IMG/VR virus record: IMGVR_UViG_3300050134_000033
Direction: 5' to 3' (one strand)
Length of the DNA: 39,747 bases
Source: an uncultured virus (IMG/VR IMGVR_UViG_3300050134_000033)
Taxonomy: Duplodnaviria; Heunggongvirae; Uroviricota; Caudoviricetes
Shown in pieces: positions 25,835 through 34,685 of the stretch; position 1 is the first letter of the stretch, and every line of letters starts with the position of its first letter. A program made the translations under genes and the position numbers. A model generated the notes under the pieces. The model worked only from the letters and a program-made list of their open reading frames with translations, made no database searches and was not told the origin of the DNA.

Positions 25835-27033
25835 CCTACCTCCACGGTCTCTTTCGGCAAGCTCTCTTCCGCGAAGATACGCAGACCGAACTTTTTCTTG
25901 TCAAGGCCGAGGGTTTCGGTCACATTATCCGTGAACATAAAGATCGCCGATTCCATCTCCACGAGCCACTGGCTCCAGTAGTAGGCGATCTCCAGCGGAC
26001 CAGTCTGTGCCTTGGATGCCGTCTTGACCACCTTCTTGAACCCCGGCAGATCGAAGCCACGAAGCAGTCCTGCCCCGACTTCGAGCAGGTTGATGTTGTC
26101 GTTCAGGTCGAGAGTAAACAAATCCTTACGAATCTGCTTTTCGCCGTTCTTGGTGAGCTTAGAATCGAGGGACTGGAAGATCACAGCCGATGCCGCCACT
26201 TCCGAATCCTCGGAGAGTCGCAACAGGCTGAACGTCAGGCTGGCTCCCGCTGTTCCAATGGGATCGGCGGGCTTGTACAGGCGGATACGGGCTGGCGTAG
26301 TAAGACCGCACCACTGCCCTGTATCCAGTTCGCTCAGGGCGTAGAAGTTGCTGACGATGGATTCCATCATCTTGTCGTCCATCTTCTCAATTTCGTCCTT
26401 GCGGAAACGCTGGAGTTCCTCGGCACGTTCCGCCATCTCGTTGACGAATTTCGTGTTCTCATTGACGACGTTGAGGAACCTGTTCACCCAATCGTGGCTG
26501 CCGAATTGCCATACCACGGAGAAGGTCTCGCCGCCGAGTTCTTGCAGGATAGTCTGAGCAGTTTCTACGTCTTCCTCGGAGGCGGCTGCGACGTACACCC
26601 GTTCAGTCGTGAAGTTCACGAGCACGGGGAACTGTTTGCGCTCGACGACGGCGGTAGAAGTGACTGTCGTTTCGACGGCCTTCTTCTCGTCCTTGTTCAG
26701 GAACTTGAAGGGTTTGCCCATATCGTCGTAAGCGATCTGCTCTTTCTTCGAGGCGGCATGGGTCACGTCCTTCTGGTCATTCGTGCAGAGCCAGAAACCG
26801 ATGGCGTGATCGCTCAGCTTGAAATCGGCACTGGAGGGATCGGTCAGATTGTTGTTTTCATCCGCACGAGGATTCGCAAACGGATTGATGCCAAAGGTTG
26901 GAATTTTTTCCTTCTTAGCTTTTGCAACGGCAACTTCTTGACTGAGATCATGGAAGTTGTCGAGACCGTCGATGACGGCCTGCTCCGTGGATTGCTTGAT
27001 GCCGAATACTGCCCAATTGCCGCGACCAAACAT
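25831..27033 (-). CDS. RdgC-like recombination-associated DNA-binding protein (divergent)
   Basis: Order of motifs FG..P, K.V, GK....EKK.V, VYVAAASEEDVE....LQELG parallels RdgC; AAGGAG RBS. Confidence 0.45.
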   Translation of the reverse strand: MFGRGNWAVFGIKQSTEQAVIDGLDNFHDLSQEVAVAKAKKEKIPTFGINPFANPRADENNNLTDPSSADFKLSDHAIGFWLCTNDQKDVTHAASKKEQIAYDDMGKPFKFLNKDEKKAVETTVTSTAVVERKQFPVLVNFTTERVYVAAASEEDVETAQTILQELGGETFSVVWQFGSHDWVNRFLNVVNENTKFVNEMAERAEELQRFRKDEIEKMDDKMMESIVSNFYALSELDTGQWCGLTTPARIRLYKPADPIGTAGASLTFSLLRLSEDSEVAASAVIFQSLDSKLTKNGEKQIRKDLFTLDLNDNINLLEVGAGLLRGFDLPGFKKVVKTASKAQTGPLEIAYYWSQWLVEMESAIFMFTDNVTETLGLDKKKFGLRIFAEESLPKETVEVG

Positions 27034-27035
27034 GA

Positions 27036-27359
27036 CTACTCCTTATTCGCCTTCTCGATTAGTTCCTTGGGATTGGCAACCTTGTCCTTGCCCGAGAACT
27101 TGGGGGTTGACGCCAATGAAACTCGCTCGTTCTCAAGTTGCCACTGCGTCTCGGTCTGAGCTTCATCCTCGGGGAGGATCAGAGCCCGCACCCTATCCGC
27201 ACTGGTGCGATAGTTCTGAATAACATCAGCCAGAGTCACTGAGACAGGTTTCCCGTCTTTCCGCGTGTGGCCGACCACTTTGTTTAGCTTGCCCTCGTAT
27301 CGGAGAGCGAGATGATTGGCTTTCGCGTCGTATTGGTTGGCGATCTGCTGGAGTCCCAT
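27036..27359 (-). CDS. Hypothetical protein
   Basis: TAATG coupling. Confidence 0.55.
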   Translation of the reverse strand: MGLQQIANQYDAKANHLALRYEGKLNKVVGHTRKDGKPVSVTLADVIQNYRTSADRVRALILPEDEAQTETQWQLENERVSLASTPKFSGKDKVANPKELIEKANKE

Positions 27360-27658
27360 TAGTTCACCGTCGATTTCTTGGATTTGAGTTTCTTGAGTTC
27401 TTCTTTGTTCGGGCTGGTGTAGGTGAATTTCTGGCCCTTGGCATTGGTGATGTCGATGCTGCCCCCACCGCCGTACTCACCACCCATGAATACCCAGTAA
27501 AGTTCCCTGAGAACAGCGAAGTCGGTCGGTCGTGAGGCATTGAGTTCGAGCTTACCGACCATCTTGGTCAGGCAAGGATCGACACCGAGAGCGGCGGCGA
27601 TCTTCTTATCCGTGCCGCGTTTGAAAGCTTTGGATTTTACGGAACCTTCAATGTGCAT
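27359..27658 (-). CDS. Hypothetical protein
   Basis: TAATG coupling; GGGGGAG RBS. Confidence 0.55.
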   Translation of the reverse strand: MHIEGSVKSKAFKRGTDKKIAAALGVDPCLTKMVGKLELNASRPTDFAVLRELYWVFMGGEYGGGGSIDITNAKGQKFTYTSPNKEELKKLKSKKSTVN

Positions 27659-27849
27659 TACTGTCTCCCCCGCATGTATGGTGCCAACTCACGCGGAACG
27701 CCAGTCCCTAACCCGATGTGTCCGCTGTGCTTCTTACGACTCCACCAGTGCTCTTTAGGGCACGCCCAAAAGAACACGGAAGCTATGCCGCAGGAGATGT
27801 CGTCAATCAGCATTCGGTGCCCACAGATACAAACAGGGATGGTTTCCAT
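27658..27849 (-). CDS. Hypothetical zinc-ribbon protein
   Basis: CICGH...CPKEH; GGAG RBS. Confidence 0.5.
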   Translation of the reverse strand: METIPVCICGHRMLIDDISCGIASVFFWACPKEHWWSRKKHSGHIGLGTGVPRELAPYMRGRQ

Positions 27850-27875
27850 TTTTTCTCCGATGCTTCATTCTACCA

Positions 27876-28061
27876 CTATTTCGGGACGGACACAATAGTT
27901 TGGAAACATTGATGCTGTTGCGCGGCACTCGTGATGCTCAACGGCCCGCCGCAATCCGTGAACGTCATGCTCATCCCACACTCAGGGCAGAACACGACCA
28001 CCGAAATCTGCTCCTGCGGAGTGATCGCGACATAATACGTGAAATCTGCCAGCTTCTTCAT
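27876..28061 (-). CDS. Hypothetical zinc-finger protein
   Basis: CPECG...HQC. Confidence 0.5.
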   Translation of the reverse strand: MKKLADFTYYVAITPQEQISVVVFCPECGMSMTFTDCGGPLSITSAAQQHQCFQTIVSVPK

Positions 28062-28552
28062 TTTAGTTTTTCAACGGATCGCAGCAACGGATCGCAGCTT
28101 GGCGCTTCGTTGCGGAGACTGCGGGTTTCCGGGGTCGGGATCAAACAGCCCTGACCGCTGGTCAAATTGTCGAACGCCTTCAGCCCGCCGCTCAGGATCG
28201 GGAACTCGGAAGACGACTTGCCAGCCAGCCGCTCGATGTCAGAGGAGCGACCATAGATCATCAGGCAACGAGTGAGCAACGAGATGACCTTGATGATGCG
28301 GATACGCACCGAGCCGCCATCTGGTGTAAAGCTCGCCATCGCGCTAGGGATTTCGTCGAAATACTTGGTCGCGAAATCGTGGAAATCGGCGACACCAAAC
28401 GGCTGTCCCGCAGGCCCCGTGGTGCCCGAGTGAACATCGCAGTCGTCAATGCCCGGGACGACGGAAACCTTACGGCTGCCCTTGCCCCAACCACGGGCGT
28501 ATTCGCTTTCCTTCTTGACGCACTCCATAACCTGCTCGAATGTCATTGGCAT
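28058..28552 (-). CDS. MazG-like all-alpha (NTP pyrophosphatase-fold) protein, divergent
   Basis: V...V..E..Y...WG...V.DF......Y..E...IKV..L...CL..YG helical pattern; catalytic residues not clearly conserved. Confidence 0.4.
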   Translation of the reverse strand: MPMTFEQVMECVKKESEYARGWGKGSRKVSVVPGIDDCDVHSGTTGPAGQPFGVADFHDFATKYFDEIPSAMASFTPDGGSVRIRIIKVISLLTRCLMIYGRSSDIERLAGKSSSEFPILSGGLKAFDNLTSGQGCLIPTPETRSLRNEAPSCDPLLRSVEKLK

Positions 28553-28553
28553 A

Positions 28554-28793
28554 CTATTTTCCTACCTTCTTCATGATGAATTCACGAATCGTGTCGTTAA
28601 TCAACTCGTTTAGGTCGTGTTGGTACAACGTGATGAACGCCTGCGCTTGGACAGAGGTAAAATCCGTTTTGCGAACGGACTTACCCAACTCACGTATCTG
28701 CCCGAGGGTTACTTCCGCCTTTAGAACGGGTTCGGGAGGATAGTGATGGCGGCTGTACTGCGTCTCGTCGTCAATTGGACATCCACGGCTCAT
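28554..28793 (-). CDS. Hypothetical protein, probably leaderless
   Basis: GTATTA 6 nt before the ATG. Confidence 0.55.
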   Translation of the reverse strand: MSRGCPIDDETQYSRHHYPPEPVLKAEVTLGQIRELGKSVRKTDFTSVQAQAFITLYQHDLNELINDTIREFIMKKVGK

Positions 28794-28811
28794 AATGCCT
28801 AATACTCCGTT

Positions 28812-29981
28812 TTACCGCGCCTTTTTCTCCAAATAAGCGTTGCTGACCATCTTGACCATGACACGTCCCAGCTTGTAGTGACGGCGTTCCAAGAGAGGTT
28901 TAATGACAATCCCCTCGCGCATGTGGTTCGCCCCCAAAATAAGGGACGGCCCATCGGCGAGCTTCTGGAGCTTCTCAAAATCAAACGGCATGATCCCGAA
29001 ATCAGGCACACGCTGATCGGGGTGGAAAGATGCCCTGAACTGTTCGGCACCCACCCACTCGCTGCCGTTCAAAATGTCGAAGGCACGGAACCAAAGCTCT
29101 CCCTGCTTGGAGCCGTACTTGAGGTCGCCCACCCAACCGAAGTTCTCCCCATACAGGACTTGCTCCTGATTGTCGAAGCACCACTTCGGAATCCATGGGT
29201 TCTGATCCTGCACTCTCCACCAGTTGGAGCCGCCTTCTTTCTTCTTCCATTCCTTGCGGGAGCCCGCGTGCATGTCCACGTCACAAACGGACTTCACCGC
29301 CCCACCGGGGCTTTCTTCCCGACGCCATTCATTGTTACCCATCGTAGCGACAAAGCGGGCATTCCGTCCGTCCAACTTCTCACTCACATAGACCAACTCA
29401 CCAGCCTCAAACAGGCTGGCGTACTTGTACACGCTCTCCACATCGTACATCGGGGCGTACACGCCTCCGGGCGGCGAAGCCACGTCGTCTCCCGCGTGCT
29501 TCCGTCCGCCTTCGATCTCATCCATTGTCGGAGGCTCGTAATGTGTAATTCCCAGAAGCTCGGCTACGTCGTCGCCCACCTGTGCACCTTCGGGGCAGGG
29601 GAGTAGCATCCCCATGCTGATAACGCCACGGAGCTTCCTCACAGCCACACGCAGGTACTTGGTGTTGGCGTCGATCTTGGCTTCGATCTCCGCGAAGCGT
29701 ACTGCCGCCTGATCGGGAGTAAGGGTTCCAGACGTAACCATCTCCCTGACTTCATCGCGTTCTTTGCGGAGGTTAGCGGTTTCCTTTAGGAAGCGGAACT
29801 CGGGCTTGTCGGGCAGCACGGAATCGGGCTGCACGTATGCGGCCTTAGTCACACCTTCCCAGTCCGCTGTTCGCACAACGCACGTGAAGTTGTACACCCG
29901 CACAATGCTGAGTGAATCAGCATCGGGGTGCTTCTCCATCTCAACATCGACTACTTCGACCTTGTGTGTATCAACGCCCAT
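28812..29981 (-). CDS. ATP-dependent RNA ligase, DRB0094/Rnl5 type with N-terminal OB domain
   Basis: HPDAD.L...Y..PDS.LP...KLRGVISMG.L OB domain; motif I EKLDG, YGENFG, FRAFDI, REGIVIK and KMVSNAYL. Confidence 0.9.
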   Translation of the reverse strand: MGVDTHKVEVVDVEMEKHPDADSLSIVRVYNFTCVVRTADWEGVTKAAYVQPDSVLPDKPEFRFLKETANLRKERDEVREMVTSGTLTPDQAAVRFAEIEAKIDANTKYLRVAVRKLRGVISMGMLLPCPEGAQVGDDVAELLGITHYEPPTMDEIEGGRKHAGDDVASPPGGVYAPMYDVESVYKYASLFEAGELVYVSEKLDGRNARFVATMGNNEWRREESPGGAVKSVCDVDMHAGSRKEWKKKEGGSNWWRVQDQNPWIPKWCFDNQEQVLYGENFGWVGDLKYGSKQGELWFRAFDILNGSEWVGAEQFRASFHPDQRVPDFGIMPFDFEKLQKLADGPSLILGANHMREGIVIKPLLERRHYKLGRVMVKMVSNAYLEKKAR

Positions 29982-29996
29982 GTTTAGCCTCCCTTC

Positions 29997-30359
29997 CTAT
30001 ACGTTGCCATCGTCGTCATCCTTGTGGTATCCGTCGTTTCCCCACGTGGTATCTTTGGGGCCTTTACCCGCAGCTTTCAGAGCCTCTTGTGACGTGGAGA
30101 TAAACTCCTTGATGCGCCCACGAAATTTCCCACGGTAGACCGTGACGAGTCTGTCGAAAAAATCGGGGTCTTTGAAGCGAGAGCGGAACTGCTCCATGTA
30201 CTCATCGACCTGATTGTCGGCTTCGTACAGGGCTATCTCACAATCAACTTCATCGAAGACGTGAATCTGGCGGGCGAAAGTGGGCCTGTTAGGGTCGTCT
30301 CGGACTTCCGCATTGACCTGAAAAAACGTGGTCACGTCCGTGCTAATATCGTCGCTCAT
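29997..30359 (-). CDS. Hypothetical acidic protein, probably leaderless (start MSDDIS)
   Basis: GTATTA 6 nt before ATG 30359. Confidence 0.6.
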   Translation of the reverse strand: MSDDISTDVTTFFQVNAEVRDDPNRPTFARQIHVFDEVDCEIALYEADNQVDEYMEQFRSRFKDPDFFDRLVTVYRGKFRGRIKEFISTSQEALKAAGKGPKDTTWGNDGYHKDDDDGNV

Positions 30360-30382
30360 ATAGGATAATACCAAACACCGCG

Positions 30383-31108
30383 TTAACGCAAGCCATTTAA
30401 CAGCGTTTTAAGCTGCTGAGCAGTGTCATAATTCTTGAGAGCCTCGCTGGGGTCGGGTGCGGGACAGGGTAGGTTGTGGCACTTCATCATGGGGATGGAT
30501 TGAAAATCCCGTGATTGATTGCGAGCAGCGGAATACCCCTTCAAGTCCAATTCGTTGTCGTACATGAAATACAGTGTGTGAATCCCGAGCAGCCGCAAAT
30601 AGGCTTGATGCTCTTTCCCGATACGCTTCGTCAAGGGACAAAGAACGGGAGCATCGGGAGACACGAGGCGGCAAGCCAAGAGATCGTGCGGACCTTCTAC
30701 CAAAGCAGCCACGCCCGTTTCAACGATAGTTCGAATGGTACGCAGGCTGTTCCCCAACCATTGCGGGCCTGTGGGCTCTATGCCCAAACGGTAGTATTTC
30801 TTACCGTAGTATGGGCTGCCTTCGAGCGGGTTGCTCTGGGCGTAGTTATACTCACCCTCCGTGTCCATGATGGGGAACAGGAACATTGGTCCGGGGGACA
30901 GGACTTTGGGAATGTAGACGACCTTGAGTTCGGTCAATATCCGATCAAAGTTAGCGTCAATGAAGCTGCTGGCAGGCTTCCAGCCACGCAGGTCGATGAG
31001 CTTGTCCCGAGTGGCACTCAGCTTGGTGAACGGCTTCCCACGTTTGACCGCATCCTCGTAGAGGGCGTCAACCCTCTCCATAAGCAGCGGGATGTTAACG
31101 GGTTCCAT
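30383..31108 (-). CDS. DnaG-like primase catalytic/TOPRIM protein lacking a zinc-binding domain
   Basis: LFPIMD.EG, KYY, LVEGPHDLLA, MYDNE and DPSE motifs. Confidence 0.7.
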   Translation of the reverse strand: MEPVNIPLLMERVDALYEDAVKRGKPFTKLSATRDKLIDLRGWKPASSFIDANFDRILTELKVVYIPKVLSPGPMFLFPIMDTEGEYNYAQSNPLEGSPYYGKKYYRLGIEPTGPQWLGNSLRTIRTIVETGVAALVEGPHDLLACRLVSPDAPVLCPLTKRIGKEHQAYLRLLGIHTLYFMYDNELDLKGYSAARNQSRDFQSIPMMKCHNLPCPAPDPSEALKNYDTAQQLKTLLNGLR

Positions 31109-31326
31109 TACTTACTTGGTCCCTTGGGCACGACGGGACAATCTCGCATCAACTGACGAATAGTTGCTCTCTGCCCTGTTATAGTTTGGTTCTGGATCAT
31201 CTGAATCCCGAGGCAGCACAGCACCGCCAGCATCAACAGGACGCTTACCACTTTGTACGTCGTCAGGCTGGACTTTAGCCGACTCACTTCGACTTGGGTT
31301 TGCAGCGGAACTTCCGGCTTCCACAT
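31108..31326 (-). CDS. Small single-TM membrane protein overlapping the upstream ORF
   Basis: GGAG RBS; VVSVLLMLAVLCCLGI; TAATG coupling to the primase gene. Confidence 0.5.
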   Translation of the reverse strand: MWKPEVPLQTQVEVSRLKSSLTTYKVVSVLLMLAVLCCLGIQMIQNQTITGQRATIRQLMRDCPVVPKGPSK

Positions 31327-31717
31327 GTTTTTTCTCCACTTTAGAGACGATTTCCTCGTCTACTCGTTTTTCTTCGTCGAACGCGCCTAGTACCCAGAAG
31401 AATACTACCACATCTCGGTAGTCCCTGAGAAGGGTCCCCGGATCACGAAGCTCTTCGGCAAACTGAGCCGCAAGTTCTTCCTTGGAGTACGCTGGCTTGA
31501 ACTTCTCGGGATGGATGCACTTGTTTGGGTCAATGGATTCACAGCCCGAGCAACCCGTGATCTTACGGCCCATCATTTCCGCCATGGCGCAATTTCCGGG
31601 GCAGGGATTGAGGTTCCGCGAGAGGAAGCGACGACGGTGCCTATGTATTAACTCTCTCGCTCTCGCTATAATTTCCTCTGGCGACTTGAGTTTGATCTTT
31701 TTGAGTAATGGGTCCAT
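31112..31717 (-). CDS. Hypothetical Cys-containing protein
   Basis: CPGNC...CSGC...C; YRDV..FFWVLG; disordered tail overlaps the TM ORF. Confidence 0.55.
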   Translation of the reverse strand: MDPLLKKIKLKSPEEIIARARELIHRHRRRFLSRNLNPCPGNCAMAEMMGRKITGCSGCESIDPNKCIHPEKFKPAYSKEELAAQFAEELRDPGTLLRDYRDVVVFFWVLGAFDEEKRVDEEIVSKVEKKHVEAGSSAANPSRSESAKVQPDDVQSGKRPVDAGGAVLPRDSDDPEPNYNRAESNYSSVDARLSRRAQGTK

Positions 31718-32240
31718 GTGGGCAATAGCCATATTTTCCTAACGAGAAGTTGCAGTTCATGCACAAAACCCTAAATCCTTGAGGATAATTGTTTCTCTTC
31801 AACCAATTGTAAATCGTCGTTCGAATTTCCTTGCGGTGTTTATTCCCACCGCCGTGTGGATGGTCAATGGTCAAAAATTCAAAATGATTTTCGCCACAAC
31901 ACTGACATATACTACCGTAGTGATCCAGCACTTGTTGTTTCAAATGATGGCGACTTACTTTCGCTGTTTTAGCGTCAGACCTCTTCCTGTGAGGCTGATT
32001 CCGCAGGTCTCTCTGGCAGGACTTACAGATTCGTTGATTCTTGTGGAACTCAATATCGTCTTTATGGCATTTACGACAGATCGTCCAGTCAACAAATTTA
32101 CGTCCCTTGTTCCACGCTGGATGTCCTGTTCTCCCTTTCAAGGGCGAAACACGCCCCTGATTCGCCAAACCGATTTTACGCCGCGTTCCTTCAAAGCATC
32201 GAGCACAATGACACCCTTTCTCATGTTTAAGATGGGCCAT
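31641..32240 (-). CDS. HNH-type endonuclease with NUMOD3-like N-terminus
   Basis: YG..CQCCGE....FLTIDH..GGG..HR...LCMNCN; KIGLANQG and AWNKG. Confidence 0.8.
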   Translation of the reverse strand: MAHLKHEKGCHCARCFEGTRRKIGLANQGRVSPLKGRTGHPAWNKGRKFVDWTICRKCHKDDIEFHKNQRICKSCQRDLRNQPHRKRSDAKTAKVSRHHLKQQVLDHYGSICQCCGENHFEFLTIDHPHGGGNKHRKEIRTTIYNWLKRNNYPQGFRVLCMNCNFSLGKYGYCPHGPITQKDQTQVARGNYSESERVNT

Positions 32241-32976
32241 CTATGGGTTCACCTTCAGCAGCGGATCGTTCATGGAGGAAACTCTTCAACGTTTCTAGCT
32301 CCAACCCCTCGACCTTGCGGAGAATTGGGGGCTTGCCGCCCTTCTTGGGGCAGCCGCATTTGTCTCCCGACCCGCACGCACCGCAAAGCACCTGATAGAT
32401 CGAGTCCGCAGCGTCCGCGAGAATGGGCTGGTGGGTTACTGCCAGTATAGTGTATCCGTGCTTATCGGTCAACGTCTTAAGCAAGGCCGAGACGGTGGGC
32501 AGATATTCGGCGGATACGTTGCTGAACTGCTCGTCCAAGATCATCAGCTTGGCGAGTTTGAACCGTTTGATGAGGATCAAACGAAGTAACAAGGCGATGA
32601 CGTTAACTACGCCGCCGCCATAGGATTTCATTGGGTCGTAGGGCTCGCCGCCGTCCTTACTGACCAGCAGGCTGTAGGTGTTGCCTCGTGCTCCCGACTT
32701 CTTATCGACCACGAGGGTTAGGGTGGGATCGTCAAAGACCCGGCGTAGGCCATCGCTCACGATACTCTCGATCTTGCCGATGCCGTTCGCTGAGATGACT
32801 TGGATGCAACGGTCAATGAGTCCGACCGCTTTGACAAGCTGGGTCTTCTCGTCCTCCAACTGTTTGATGCGCCCGCCGAGCCGAACTATGGTCTGAGACT
32901 CATAGTCAAGCTGTTGGTCGAGGCGTTCGACAGTAGATCGAACGGAAGCAATACGCGAAACCAGTGCTGCATCCAT
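32227..32976 (-). CDS. C-terminal half of an SbcC/Rad50/SMC-type ABC ATPase
   Basis: Short coiled coil, signature-like SYGGG, Walker B/D-loop LMILDEQFSNVS, H-loop VTHQ; no Walker A. Confidence 0.8.
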   Translation of the reverse strand: MDAALVSRIASVRSTVERLDQQLDYESQTIVRLGGRIKQLEDEKTQLVKAVGLIDRCIQVISANGIGKIESIVSDGLRRVFDDPTLTLVVDKKSGARGNTYSLLVSKDGGEPYDPMKSYGGGVVNVIALLLRLILIKRFKLAKLMILDEQFSNVSAEYLPTVSALLKTLTDKHGYTILAVTHQPILADAADSIYQVLCGACGSGDKCGCPKKGGKPPILRKVEGLELETLKSFLHERSAAEGEPIDGPS

Positions 32977-32984
32977 GCGACCCC

Positions 32985-33197
32985 TTAGGAGATGATCTTG
33001 CCCGAGTTGAGACGAACCTCGCTAACCTCATGGCGAAGATTGCTGTGTATTTCCACAGTCTCGATACCCTTGGGCTTTTCAGTACGGATTTTGAACGAAA
33101 TGATCCCGTCGTTGCCGTACTTAACGTCGTCAACGTTATGGTGAACGTTGACACACGTACCGCCCGAGAACAACTTGACTGTTGTTGTCGCCGACAT
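32985..33197 (-). CDS. Hypothetical beta-rich protein
   Basis: Operon packing; 70 aa. Confidence 0.55.
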   Translation of the reverse strand: MSATTTVKLFSGGTCVNVHHNVDDVKYGNDGIISFKIRTEKPKGIETVEIHSNLRHEVSEVRLNSGKIIS

Positions 33198-33199
33198 GG

Positions 33200-33610
33200 T
33201 TAGGCCACTTTGACGGATACGACAGCGAACGCGCCCATGATGCTCGATGAACCCGACACGGAAATCAAGGTCTGACCCTCTTCATTCACGATCTTGTCCA
33301 GATAAGCCTCAAGCTTGTTGCTGTCAACGGTCTGTACGTGATGCTTGCTCTTCGGTGCTGGGGCTGCTTTTGCCACGGTTGGTTTCCTCTTTGCTTTCGG
33401 TTTAGGCGTTGGTGCTGCCTGTGGTGCTGCAACGGCGGGTACTACTGCCGCTGCCTTCTTTGGCGCTCTGGGTGCCTTCGGTGCTTTGGCGGCAATGGTT
33501 GGCTTTACCTGCGGCGGGGCGTCGTCAAAGGTGATGTCCAGTTCTTCGCCATCCTGATCGTCAGGCTGCAAATCGGCTGGGTAATCCATGTCGTCTAGTT
33601 CGCTGCTCAT
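33200..33610 (-). CDS. Hypothetical protein: acidic N-terminus, Ala/Lys/Pro linker
   Basis: GGAGG RBS before ATG 33610; GTATTA at 33629-33634. Confidence 0.6.
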   Translation of the reverse strand: MSSELDDMDYPADLQPDDQDGEELDITFDDAPPQVKPTIAAKAPKAPRAPKKAAAVVPAVAAPQAAPTPKPKAKRKPTVAKAAPAPKSKHHVQTVDSNKLEAYLDKIVNEEGQTLISVSGSSSIMGAFAVVSVKVA

Positions 33611-33638
33611 AAAGCCTCCATTGATGCTTAATACTCGG

Positions 33639-34685
33639 TTACGGGGAAACATTTACAGCAAAATTGCCACGGGTGAACCGAAGCAGTGGGGACGTGTCGT
33701 TTGGCACGTCGTAAAACACGATTTTGTCATCTTGAGCCTGCTTGAGCGTGTTGACGATCAGCTTCGCCTGCCCGCCATTGATACGAAATTTCGGCCAGTC
33801 CAACCCCTCATCCAGAGTCCACTGTGCGGGGTTCCCGAACTTGTCCTGAATCGTGATGCCATCTCTCGGGCCCATACCCACATATTCCGTATCCCCGATC
33901 AAGCCCGTGGCTGCCGATAAGCCCCAGAGCAATGCGCTGGCAGTAAACTGGCAAACCTCGGTGCCCGGAAGGGTCATACGACGAAATAGGCGTTCGTCAG
34001 GACCCTGACCCTTCATGTAGACCGTCAAGCCTTCGACCGCAGCACGCCAGTAGCCGTTTTGAGAGACATACAGGTCTTCGACCACCGCCTCGCCGCTGAT
34101 GAGCTTCAAGAATGAAAACTTGGGGCTAACATCCGCCGTGAGTGGCAGGAATTCAGCGGTTCCGCTATAGACGAGGGCTCCCACGTTCGTAGGAATCATA
34201 ACCATCCCGTTCGAGATCGTGGGATGTCCCGAAAGGTTGGTGATATGGCGCACATCCAAACCTGAAAATGTGTTGGGCTTCAGTTCAAGCGACCGTCCCG
34301 TGGGCACGTGCCGTATTTGCCCCGCCTGCCCCCTTTGGACGGTATGGACAAACATGGTAGTGGGGAAGCCTCCATTGATCGCGTACAGGCGCAAGACGCC
34401 GTTCTGTGCCACGCTCAGGTCTACATTGTCTGGCAGGTATTTCAGGTATTCCAAGAAGTGTTGCAGGTCCACGAAAACCTCTTCAACCTGAAAATTCTTG
34501 GTGTGGGCGAATCCGTTGGCGCTTGAACGATAGAACTCGGGCTTCCCCTCGACGAATTGAACTGCAACGTAAGGCGACCCGATTGGGTCGAAAGATGACA
34601 GGAGTTTCAGGGTCTTTTGAAGCTCGGTCTTGTTAGACGAGACGGGAGTGGGCTCCGATACCGTCAATTGTGTGGCTGATTCCAT
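33639..34685 (-). CDS. Divergent DNA sliding clamp (DnaN/beta-like) candidate
   Basis: 348 aa; N-terminal 'ELQKTL...V....F.EYLKYLP..V' and C-terminal 'IN....L....L......I.F.....SP....F.V.VSP' match the beta-clamp pattern; dnaX is present in the window. Confidence 0.5.
   Translation of the reverse strand: MESATQLTVSEPTPVSSNKTELQKTLKLLSSFDPIGSPYVAVQFVEGKPEFYRSSANGFAHTKNFQVEEVFVDLQHFLEYLKYLPDNVDLSVAQNGVLRLYAINGGFPTTMFVHTVQRGQAGQIRHVPTGRSLELKPNTFSGLDVRHITNLSGHPTISNGMVMIPTNVGALVYSGTAEFLPLTADVSPKFSFLKLISGEAVVEDLYVSQNGYWRAAVEGLTVYMKGQGPDERLFRRMTLPGTEVCQFTASALLWGLSAATGLIGDTEYVGMGPRDGITIQDKFGNPAQWTLDEGLDWPKFRINGGQAKLIVNTLKQAQDDKIVFYDVPNDTSPLLRFTRGNFAVNVSP

Noticed and set aside
25825..27159. 444-aa + strand ORF and similar long antisense ORFs (22402-23301, 8339-8977, 28878-29606, 36387-37085)
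   Set aside because: They are shadows of well-formed - strand genes, with no recognisable motifs or RBS.
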